Shown piece by piece: positions 33,401 to 42,162 of a stretch of DNA of 64,000 bases. Each line of letters opens with the position of its first letter. Position 1 is the first letter of the stretch. The notes beneath the pieces are model-generated. The model was given only the letters and a program-made list of their open reading frames with translations, did no database searches and was not told the origin of the DNA. Position numbers and translations under genes: made by a program. Source of the stretch: Gemmatimonadales bacterium (GTDB lineage: Bacteria > Gemmatimonadota > Gemmatimonadetes > Gemmatimonadales > GWC2-71-9); NCBI GenBank assembly GCA_965249575.1, contig OZ252244.1, forward strand, positions 928,001 to 992,000, written 5' to 3'.

Positions 33401-33435
33401 GTCGGTAAGCGATGAACTGGCTATGACTTCCACAA

Positions 33436-33551
33436 CAGGCCCGGCAGGACTCGAGCCTGCAACCCCCGGTCTTGGAGCTCGGTGATCGTCGTCCCATCCT
33501 GTCCCGTCTGGTCCCATTTGGTCCCGTTTGGTCCCGTCCTGTACTGACTTA
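33436..33551 (-). mobile_element. att-like end: 42-bp tRNA-Trp 3' copy (2 mismatches) plus 10-bp-phased GTCCC repeats
   Basis: Matches 43768-43809; GTCCCATCCT GTCCCGTCTG GTCCCATTTG GTCCCGTTTG GTCCCGTCCT then GTACTGACTTA. Confidence 0.8.
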
Positions 33552-33779
33552 CCAGATCCTTCGAGTGCCTTTCTGACACCTGGCACGTGACACCCCCTGA
33601 CACCTCTCCACGACTCCGCCGTCCGACGGGGTGCGAAGGGCCATCCTCCATCGACCCGCCCCGTGAAGCGCAGTATACTGTCGGCGGACCTCGCGGCGAT
33701 GCCCCCTTCGGGGCTCAAGGCGCGGGAGCGCGCCCTCCGACCCCGAGGACTCGTCGAATCGGGAGACCAAGTAGCAGCG

Positions 33780-35384
33780 ATGCACCCGGGCCTTCACCTC
33801 CTCACGCGCCCCCACTTTTTGGCCACGTCACTCGTCGTCGCCATCGCCTACTTTCTCGCGGCGCGGTTCGGCCTGGCCTTCGGCTTTGTCGAACAGAGCG
33901 TCACACTCCTATGGCCTCCGACCGGCATCGCCCTCGCCGCGATCGTGCTGGGCGGATACCAGATGGTCCCTGCCATCGTGCTGGGGGCAGTGGCGGTCAA
34001 CGCGTCCACAGGCTCACCGCCACTCTTCGTGCTCGCTACGGCGATCGGGAACCCCCTGGAGGCCATCGCCGGCGCGGCCATGCTCCGGAGGTTCGTGGCG
34101 TTCGACGCCAGGCTCGGACGCGTCGCGGACGTTATGGGTCTGTTGTTCCTGGCGGCGCTGGCGAGCACGACGATCAGCGCCACCCTGGGAGTGAGTGGGC
34201 TCTGTGCGAGCGGCGGCGCGCCCTGGGCGGATTTCGGAACGATCTGGGTGGGTTGGTGGATTGGCGACGGTATGGGGAACATGATCGTGGCGCCCGCCAT
34301 TCTCACCTGGGCCGCCAGGCCGAGAGACCGCTTGGATCCGGCGGGAAGCGCCACAGCGTTGGCCATCACCGTCCTGGTGGGATACGTCGTGTTCGTTTCG
34401 ACGTGGCTCGACGCCGTCACGGTCTCTCCGCTCTCGTACTGGCCGTTCCCATTGATCGTGTGGGCGGCCCTCCGGCAAGGACCTCGCGGGGCAGCCACGC
34501 TCACGCTGGCAGTTTCCGTCATGGCGTTCGTGGGAGCGGTGCAGGGGGTAGGACCATTCGTATCGGAGACGCAGTTATCGACGTTGCTGCACTTGCTCGC
34601 GTATCTTTTCGTCCTGGCCATGACATCGATGACTCTCGCGGCGGTCGTGGCCGAGCGCCGACGGATCAGTGAGGCCGACAATGAAAAGGCTCACGGCCTC
34701 AAGTTGTTGCGCACGGTGGCGCAAGCCACCAACGACGCAGCCAGTGTCGACGGCGCGTGGCAGCAGATCCTGGCGCTGGTCTGTAGGTACACCGGCTGGC
34801 CGGTTGCACACGTGTACCGCTCCGGGGCTGAGCCGGGCGTTCTCGAGCCCTCCAATCAGTGGTACCTGGAGGACCCCGAGCGCTACCGCACGTTCCGGGA
34901 AGTCACAGAGCGGACGACCTTTGCCGAGGGGGTGGGACTCCCGGGACGGGTGCTGGCCGCCAAAGGACCGGCCTGGATCGTCGATGTCACCGCCGACGAC
35001 AACTTTCTACGCGCCAGGCTCGCCCACGATTTGGGTGTGCGAGGGGCATTCGCATTTCCGGTGCTGGTGGGGCCGGAGGTGGTGAGCGTCATGGAGTTCT
35101 ACTCACCGGAAGCGAAGGAGCCCGATCAACGGCTGCTGGAGCTGATGGCCCAGATCGGAACCCAAATCGGACGGGTCATCGAGCGAGAGCAACTGCGGGA
35201 GGCGCTAGCCAAGGTCTTGAGCGGCTTCGTCCCCATCTGCGCCCAATGCAAGGCCATCCGCAACGCCCAAGATCTCTGGGTGCCCGTTGAACGCTATGTT
35301 CAGGAGCGTACGGCCGCGATCTTCAGTCACGGTATTTGCGACAATTGCGCACGTGAGCTATACCAGAGAGAACCGCCGAGCTGA
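33780..35384 (+). CDS. MASE1 + GAF sensor with Cys-rich tail, no kinase or cyclase output
   Basis: LWPPTGIALA, WWIGDGMG (MASE1); GLPGRV..KGPAWI, AFAFPV (GAF); PICAQCKAIR...FSHGICDNC. Confidence 0.85.
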   Translation: MHPGLHLLTRPHFLATSLVVAIAYFLAARFGLAFGFVEQSVTLLWPPTGIALAAIVLGGYQMVPAIVLGAVAVNASTGSPPLFVLATAIGNPLEAIAGAAMLRRFVAFDARLGRVADVMGLLFLAALASTTISATLGVSGLCASGGAPWADFGTIWVGWWIGDGMGNMIVAPAILTWAARPRDRLDPAGSATALAITVLVGYVVFVSTWLDAVTVSPLSYWPFPLIVWAALRQGPRGAATLTLAVSVMAFVGAVQGVGPFVSETQLSTLLHLLAYLFVLAMTSMTLAAVVAERRRISEADNEKAHGLKLLRTVAQATNDAASVDGAWQQILALVCRYTGWPVAHVYRSGAEPGVLEPSNQWYLEDPERYRTFREVTERTTFAEGVGLPGRVLAAKGPAWIVDVTADDNFLRARLAHDLGVRGAFAFPVLVGPEVVSVMEFYSPEAKEPDQRLLELMAQIGTQIGRVIEREQLREALAKVLSGFVPICAQCKAIRNAQDLWVPVERYVQERTAAIFSHGICDNCARELYQREPPS

Positions 35385-35419
35385 TGTTTCATTCGGTCAT
35401 CCTCAGACGACACTGGTGC

Positions 35420-35580
35420 TACAGATGCCCGGCGTCGGCGCCATTGCGGCGGGCAAGAGCGCGGACTTCATCGTATTGGACGCGAACCCGCTCGACGACA
35501 TCACCAACACGAGGCGGATCGACGCGGTCTATCTCCGCGGCACGGCGCTCAATCGAGACGGTCTCCAAACCAAAGCGTCC
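35420..35580 (+). pseudogene. Amidohydrolase C-terminal fragment
   Basis: GAIAAGKSADFIVLDANPLDDITNTRRIDAVYLRG. Confidence 0.7.
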
Positions 35581-35664
35581 CAGAACCTGGGGAGGGCGAC
35601 GGCCAGACCCCCCTATAGGGGAGAATCCCGTTCCCTTTGATGCTCGGCCAGCCCGGCTGAGCCA

Positions 35665-35937
35665 TGGTTTGCAAATGGTTTGCAAACGCCTTTCGTGGAC
35701 CGGGATCGCGGAATCGGCAGGAGATCCTACTTACTTGTGTTACAACGTTTTACACTGACAGGCCCGGCAGGACTCGAACCTGCAACCCCCGGTTTTGGAG
35801 TGCGGTGATCGCCGTCCCGTCTGGTCCCTTCGAGTCCCGTTCTGTCCCTTCCTGTACTGACTTAGCGACCTCTTCGTCCCGTCCTGTACCGTCTAATCCC
35901 GTCCTGTCCCTTCCTCTTGGTTTGCAAATGGTTTGCA
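35665..35937 (-). mobile_element. attP-like junction: arm repeat, IHF-like motif, 42-bp tRNA-Trp core, GTCCC repeats, arm repeat
   Basis: TGGTTTGCAAATGGTTTGCA at 35665 and 35918 flank an exact copy (35759-35800) of 43768-43809. Confidence 0.85.
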
Positions 35938-36008
35938 GGACCGGCCACGCTGGCCACCCCACCGGAGCGCCCGTAGCTTAGCGGAGACTCCTGTCGGGAG
36001 CTCGACTC

Positions 36009-36357
36009 GTGTCTGACCCCCCTGGAGCGCCTCAAGCGGCCCTCGCCAAGCGAGGCAGAAATATGAGGCGTTCGATGCGTGAACGCGGCGTGACTGATCC
36101 CCTCGACTTCGCACCGCCCGGGCTAACCGCTACGCCATCGAGCGCGAGTTCGGCGCGGGAGGCAGGCGACGGAGCATCTCGCCGAAAGCTCCCTCATTCG
36201 CTCATCCGGTTCCTCGTAGATGCCTAGTTTCTTCCAGCGTCTGAAATCCGCGATCGTTGACCTGGGCATGGGGTCGCGTCCGTTCGGCGTGACGGATTCT
36301 CTGGACGGCCTTCGCACCGCCCTCGCTGACCGCTACGCCATGGAGCGGGAGATCGGC
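36009..36357 (+). pseudogene. Stack of three degenerate Ser/Thr kinase 5' ends
   Basis: GTG starts near 36009, 36090 and 36288 encode variants of 'xDPLxRLxxALADRYAxERExG'. Confidence 0.65.
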
Positions 36358-36653
36358 TTGCGCATCGAGCGGTTCACCAAACGGCTTGACCCCCCACAAG
36401 AAATGCCGAGAGTCGGGAATACCCACCGCTGGCGTTGGTTCGCTTCAATTTTTGCCGACGAAGCGAAAAGCAATCAAGGGGTGGGGTGACGCCAACGAAG
36501 TGATGGGTTTCTAGGTGCTTGCCGTCGCACGACTCTCTCAACGCTCGTAAAATCGGTAATTATGCTTCGTGGCGCTCGCGGGCCGGTGGGAGTCGCCCGC
36601 GTTGTTGATCAATCCGCGGCTGTCTCGGCTGGTCTGCACGCACGCCCTTGCGT

Positions 36654-37088
36654 TCACTCAGCGTTGGTTGCTGCTGAGCGGCCTCGCTCCCGTCCTAGAA
36701 ACCTATTGGTCGCATTGAGCACAGCAAGCGCTGTCGCCCGGACGGAATCACTACCGCCTTGGCAGACACCGAACAGGGATTGAGTCTGTGCTCCCATAGA
36801 TGCCACTAGCGATACGACGATCACGGTTTGGCCGAGGGTCTCGACTACCTGCACGGCTCGAACGCGGACACTGGCTCCTTCGGCGTCGAACGCTTCGGAC
36901 AACGCATCAGCCGCGGCTCTGGCGACGGCTCGCAGCTGGTCGGCTTGGCTATTGCCGCCCTGGGCCGTGGCGGCGAACACGCCCGAGTGTGGGCTCTCGA
37001 TTGCTACCATGGCCTGACACTGCTCGCCGGTGAGAGCGTCGATCTGAGCTCGGATAAACCTGATCGCCCGGGGTGCTCCGTCAGCCAC
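36654..37088 (-). CDS. Hypothetical protein, LeuA allosteric-domain-like C-terminus
   Basis: LRAVARAAADAL...VRATALAVLNATNRFL; probable GTG start at 37088. Confidence 0.6.
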   Translation of the reverse strand: MADGAPRAIRFIRAQIDALTGEQCQAMVAIESPHSGVFAATAQGGNSQADQLRAVARAAADALSEAFDAEGASVRVRAVQVVETLGQTVIVVSLVASMGAQTQSLFGVCQGGSDSVRATALAVLNATNRFLGRERGRSAATNAE

Positions 37089-37104
37089 GCGCGCACCGCG
37101 AACC

Positions 37105-37340
37105 CATGCCGCCTTCGCCCAGCTCCCGCTCGATGCAGTAACGGTCGGCGAGGGCGGTCGAGAGGCGAGCGGTGATCTCGGGCATCGGGCTAAGATGCGC
37201 CGCGTCGTGGGGTTTGGCGAGGTTGTGAGGTAGAACTTGGGGGGGCGACGGCCAGAGTGGCTGGACGCCACTACAGGGAGAGCCCGATTCCTTCTTGCCT
37301 ACTACACCACGCACAGCGCCCGACCGCAGGGCCGGGCGCT
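37105..37340 (-). repeat. Hairpin + promoter + kinase 5'-end module, copy 1
   Basis: Aligns with 41582-41803; ATG 37185 MPEITARLSTALADRYCIERELGEGGMG. Confidence 0.8.
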
Positions 37341-37993
37341 TGGGGCAAAGAACCATTCGGAGCTTCTCAAGCAACTCTGGCAGGCCGCGGTCAACGCCGC
37401 GGGAAACTCTCGACCGCATCTCACGGCACACGATTGGCGGTCAGGCTCATTTCCACGGTCATGTTTCCATCCGAACACCGATAGGGCTGCGAGAGCCCAT
37501 GCTCATCGCCGACGGTGTGGCAGACGCATAAAACAGCCCCGTGCTCCATGCGAAGGGAGTGTAGAACGAGCCTGGGTCGCCACCGGTCCTCCTCATGATC
37601 CACTGGTCCCACTGGATATCCTCCAGCGGGCAGCCAACGATGGCTTCCAAGAATTCGCCCGTGCCGTCGCCAAGAAGGAACCTGAATTCCACCACCGCGC
37701 CATCCATCGAGCGTGCCCAGACCACGCCCTCTCGGATCTCTGAGAGGGGGCGCTGGCGCGGACTGCAGGAGTTCGCGCTGGATGTGTTCGAAGGGGTGGT
37801 CTTGAAAGAAGGCCGCGAAATCATAGGTCAAGTGGAGGATGCCTTCGGCCAGGCGCAGAGTTGGAGGTTGCGCCGTTGACCTGACCTCGCGGTGGAGACC
37901 GGTAGACCGCGGGCCGGTGCAGCAGGCCACCGGAGCAACGCGTGCGTATCAACACGCGGGAGGGCGAGCCGGCCACCCCGGGCGTCGAAACCC

Positions 37994-38240
37994 CTCTGCG
38001 AACATCTCTGCGAACATTTGCCCGCAACCTGCGTGGTGAATGTCCCCTTTCTGTCCCCTAACTATCGCGCACTATCGGCAACCATGAGGTGAAGCAAAGT
38101 AGGACGGCGCAGCGCCGTCCTCGGCGTAACCCATTACCACTGGTAGGGATTAGCAGTACCGGACAGGGTACAATTCTGTCTGATGGGACCCGATGGTTTT
38201 GCTAGCCGCTCGGACTTAAAATCCCTTGGGGGCAACCCCC
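37994..38240 (+). mobile_element. att-like end containing a tRNA-Leu(TAA) fragment
   Basis: GGACTTAAAATCC plus variable arm GGGGGCAACCCCC (38212-38240), preceded by direct repeats CTCTGCGAACAT x2, TGTCCCCT x2, ACTATCG x2. Confidence 0.55.
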
Positions 38241-38289
38241 ATCCAGCCCGCTCCCTTCGCCACAGCCTCCCCACCCGCTTTACCGCCGA

Positions 38290-38399
38290 TGTGCCCAAAA
38301 TTGTGCCCAAGAAGCGAAAACGACACCGCATCCACCGGAGTGGTTCCAGACAACTCGCACTGTTACAACGTGTTACCCAACAGGCCCGGCAGGACTCGA
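38290..38399 (-). mobile_element. att-like end: TGTGCCCA arm repeats, IHF-like motif, 19-bp tRNA-Trp 3' copy
   Basis: TGTGCCCAAAATTGTGCCCA, TTACAACGTGTTA, core 38381-38399. Confidence 0.75.
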
Positions 38400-38469
38400 C
38401 TCGCTTAGCGGCGGCGAGGGCGCGTCAGCGGACGAGCCGACGGTTCGAGCGAGGTCCGGCCGGTGGCTT

Positions 38470-38508
38470 ACGACAAGGGGCCGCGCTGATCGCGCGGCCC
38501 CTTGTCGT
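38470..38508. terminator. Strong hairpin next to the displaced tRNA-Trp 3' end
   Basis: ACGACAAGGGGCCGCGC-TGATC-GCGCGGCCCCTTGTCGT. Confidence 0.55.
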
Positions 38509-38510
38509 GA

Positions 38511-38689
38511 CAGGCCCGGCAGGACTCGAACCTGCAACCCCCGGTTTTGGAGTTCGGTGCTCGTCGTCCCGTCCTGTCCTCTTTAGTCCCGTTTGGTCCC
38601 TTCCTGTACCGACTTACGAGCGCCTACGTCCCTTCCTGTCCCGTCCTGTACCATCCAGTCCCGTCTAGTTGGTTTGCAAATGGTTTGCA
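38511..38689 (-). mobile_element. att-like end: 42-bp tRNA-Trp core, GTCCC repeats, arm repeat
   Basis: Core 38511-38552 is exact; TGGTTTGCAAATGGTTTGCA at 38670-38689. Confidence 0.85.
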
Positions 38690-39297
38690 GGATTAGGTCA
38701 TCCGTAAGCGACGCCGGGGGCTGAAGCGGTAACTGGCAGTGGAGTCAGTCGCGGCTCGCCCCTTCGGTTAGCCGCTGCACCTCCGGAGGCACCACCGCCA
38801 CTTCAGATGGCGGTTGGCGGCACATCGTCCACGGCCGACGCCGATCATTTACCATCAGTCAATGCCGAAGAATCACCTTTATATGGCCCATCAAACCAGC
38901 AGTGGCACCGGGATCTAAACCACGTCAAGCACGCCCGTCGAAACGCCGCCTAAACACCCTCAAAACGCGGAGATAACAGACGGGGGACACGCACAGAAAA
39001 CGCCGCGTAAACGCCGCGTAAACGCCGTCAAAACGCCGTGGTTACCCCCGGTGGGAATACCGGGGAGAAGCCTCTTAGAGCCACGAGGTCCGCGGCCCGC
39101 TGCCGTTGCGTTTGCCGCAGCTCTTTGCCACCATCGCAACAACGTCGCCGCCGTCGCCATCCAACAACCTAATCCACGCCATCACAAATCTGCAGGCGGG
39201 TGAAGTCGAAAACCGCCCGGCCAGCCTGAACCACTCGACCGTACCGTGGCGTTCCTCGGCACAGCGGCGTAACGTGGTTCAAACCCAGGAGCCAGCC

Positions 39298-40179
39298 ATG
39301 GAACGGCTCAGCCAGGTCCTAGTCTCGATCCGCAACGCGCTGAACTACTCCCTATTCCAACTGGGCGACGCCAAAGTGACCGTGTGGACTCTGCTTTACC
39401 TCACGGTGCTCTTCACGGTCCTTGTGGTCGTCTCGAGCCAACTCAAGCGATGGGTGGCCCGATCGTTGGCGTTTGGTGACATAGAGATTGGGCTGCGTCA
39501 ATCGATTGCGACGATCGTGCGCTACGTGGTCATCGCGATCGGCCTGGTGATCATCATCCAGTCGGCCGGGATCGACCTGAGTGCCCTCACCGTCCTGGCC
39601 GGCGCCGCGGGGTTGGGAATCGGCTTCGGCCTGCAGAACATCATCAACAACTTCGTCAGCGGGTTGATCATTCTGTTTGAGCGACCCATCAAGGTTGGTG
39701 ACCGCGTAGATGTCGGCAGCGTTCACGGCGACGTGGTAAGCGTCTCAGCGCGGGCAACCACCGTCGTGACCAATGACAACATCGCGATCATCGTTCCCAA
39801 CTCCGAGTTCATCTCTAGCAAGGTCACCAACTGGAGCTACACCGATCGCACGGTGCGTTTCGATGTCCCCGTTGGCGTCTCCTATGCGTCCAACCCGGAC
39901 GTTGTTACCCAGCTCCTCATCGAGGTCGCAAGGTGCCACCCTGGCGTCTTGGCCACCCCCAAATCCGAAGTGCTGTTCGAGGAATTCGGCGACAGTTCTC
40001 TGAACTTTACACTGCAGGTGTGGACCAAGGAGTACTCGGCCAAACCGCGGGTCTTGAGGAGCGAATTGAACTACGCCATCGCGCGGATGTTCAAGGAAAA
40101 CGACATCGAGATTCCGTTTCCGCAGCGAGACCTCCACGTGCGGAGTCCGGGTCCCGGACTCCCTTCGCACACGTCGTAG
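39298..40179 (+). CDS. Mechanosensitive ion channel, MscS family
   Basis: GIGFGLQNIINNFVSGLIILFERPIKVGD, IIVPNS, IPFPQRD; AGGAG RBS. Confidence 0.95.
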   Translation: MERLSQVLVSIRNALNYSLFQLGDAKVTVWTLLYLTVLFTVLVVVSSQLKRWVARSLAFGDIEIGLRQSIATIVRYVVIAIGLVIIIQSAGIDLSALTVLAGAAGLGIGFGLQNIINNFVSGLIILFERPIKVGDRVDVGSVHGDVVSVSARATTVVTNDNIAIIVPNSEFISSKVTNWSYTDRTVRFDVPVGVSYASNPDVVTQLLIEVARCHPGVLATPKSEVLFEEFGDSSLNFTLQVWTKEYSAKPRVLRSELNYAIARMFKENDIEIPFPQRDLHVRSPGPGLPSHTS

Positions 40180-40399
40180 CCGCCGGAGCGCGGACGTGTA
40201 CGTCGTCAGACCTGCTGGGACAATTCGCTCCCCAAATTGCCCACCGCCAAGGGACTGCATGTACCGGTCACGGCTCACCGCATGAAGGACCAGATGCCCA
40301 TGGCAGCCAAGACGTGGACCCACCTGGCCCTGGCACTGGTCCCAGCGAACGGAACCGAGGACAGGCGGCACTCTGACCGGGCGGAACGAAGATGACGAC

Positions 40400-41580
40400 G
40401 TGATCGACGAGGCGGGACTATACGTGCACTCCGAAACCCGGCTTTCGGACAAGATCGACATCGTCGCGGCTCTGCGAGTCGACGACCACAACCGGATCGA
40501 AGACCCGAACTTCTCGCCTCGCGCCGCGCTGGTGCTGCATCCGAGCGAAACCAACACCGTGCGCTTCACGTTCAACAGAGCATTCGCTACACCCACGACG
40601 AACAGTCTGTTTCTGGACCGTCTGGCTGGCACCCTTCCGATCATCCCAGGTATCTCGTACGACCTTCGCGTGCTCGGGGTGCCAGCAGACGGACTGAGCT
40701 TTCCGAGTTGCGCCGGTGGCTTCATGAACCCTGCATGCGCATGCCGACGGCGCCCGGTCTAGAGCTCCCCGCCGACGCGACGTTGGCCTGGGACGCGCTC
40801 ATCGTGGGGCTGACGCCGGCGCTGGCTGGGTCTCTCCCCAATCCCGGTTCCGCCGTCCAGACGGTCCTGCGCCGATTCACCCAGGAGGGCGCCGCATTGG
40901 GCACTCCATTCCCGCTGGATTCAGGGGGACCGGTCCCGATCGATCCGATCCGTCCCACTGTTTCCAACACCTTTGAGTTGGGATACAAGGGGCTCCTCGG
41001 CGGTCGTATCTTGCTCGCCGCGGACGCATACCTGACCCGGATGAAGGATTTCGTCGGGCCACTGAGAATAGCGACACCCGCAGTGTTCCTGGATCCGGTT
41101 ACCACGGCCGGGTACGTCAGTACGCAGCTGGCACCATTGGTCATGGGCGGCGTCATAACGCAGGGCACAGTGGATTCCCTGGTCGCGGGCCTCGTGGCGA
41201 TCCCGATCGGAACCGTCGCCCCAAACGAGAACCAGAACACCGATCTCATACTGACCGACAGGAATTTCGGAGAGATAAGTTTCTGGGGTGCTGATGTCGC
41301 GGCGGATCTCATCGTGACCGATCAACTCACGCTCAAGGGTTCGTTGTCGTACGTGAGCGAGGGATGCTTCGACGGGAATGACGACGGCATCGTCGACTGC
41401 GCCGGCAACTCCGACATCGCCCTCAACGCCCCGACAATCAAGGGATCGTTCGCCAGTCGGTACGACGATGCCCGCTCGGGCTTCTCCGTTGAAGGGCGAC
41501 TCCGCTTCACGGACGCCTTTCCCATGAACTCGGGCATCTACGTGGGAAACGTCGACGGCTACGCGGTAGTGGACGCGACC
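40400..41580 (+). pseudogene. TonB-dependent receptor barrel fragment, truncated at both ends and frameshifted
   Basis: ALRVDDH, FSPRAALV, TFELGYKG, LNAP; ends abruptly at the opposing kinase 5' module. Confidence 0.75.
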
Positions 41581-41581
41581 G

Positions 41582-41803
41582 CGCCGAGCTCGCGCTCGAT
41601 CCGGTAGCGGTCGGCGAGGGCGGTCGAGAGCCGGGCGGTGATCTCGCTCATCGGGCTAAGATGCGCCGCGTCGTCGGGTTTGGCGAGGTTTTGAGGCAGA
41701 ACTTGGGGGGGCGACAGCCAGAGCGGCTGGATGCCTCCCCAGAGGAACGCTATGCCTTTGCCTGCCCGCTACGCACAGCGCCCGACCGCAGGGGCCGGGC
41801 GCT
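41582..41803 (-). repeat. Hairpin + promoter + kinase 5'-end module, copy 2
   Basis: ATG 41651 MSEITARLSTALADRYRIERELGA. Confidence 0.8.
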
Positions 41804-41826
41804 TCGGTGGGCGTGGCTCGGCCACG

Positions 41827-42024
41827 TTAGCTTTGCGAGTCGAGAACGTTCATTTCCCGGAAAACCAGCCATTTACCGCTCTCTCTGACCAGGACCCAGG
41901 TGAAGTTTTCTCCTGCAAACGAGCCCTTTCCTTGGGGGTCTTCCGTAAACGATAAGCCGTACGCGAACATGACGGCCACAGCTCCTAGGACCGCAATGGA
42001 TGCTGGTCGGATTTCTGCCCACAC
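41827..42024 (-). pseudogene. NTF2/SnoaL-like C-terminal fragment
   Basis: FTWVLVRESGKWLVFRE. Confidence 0.45.
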
Positions 42025-42162
42025 GCGCTTAGAGCCCGATGCGTCGTAGTACCTGCCTAACGCATTGCTAGGTGTGGCGGGCGCTACGAGTTGTCCTCCC
42101 CACCATAGCGTTTTCTGGATGGGTGCAGTCTGTCCCGGTCGCGCCCGCAGGAGGGCTGACCT

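Noticed and set aside
37459..37879. Coding region between kinase module and tRNA-Leu fragment
   Set aside because: Competing short frames with no start signal or recognisable family; probably scraps
33436..38562. Extra tRNA-Trp genes
   Set aside because: The copies lack the 5' half (acceptor 5' strand and D-arm)
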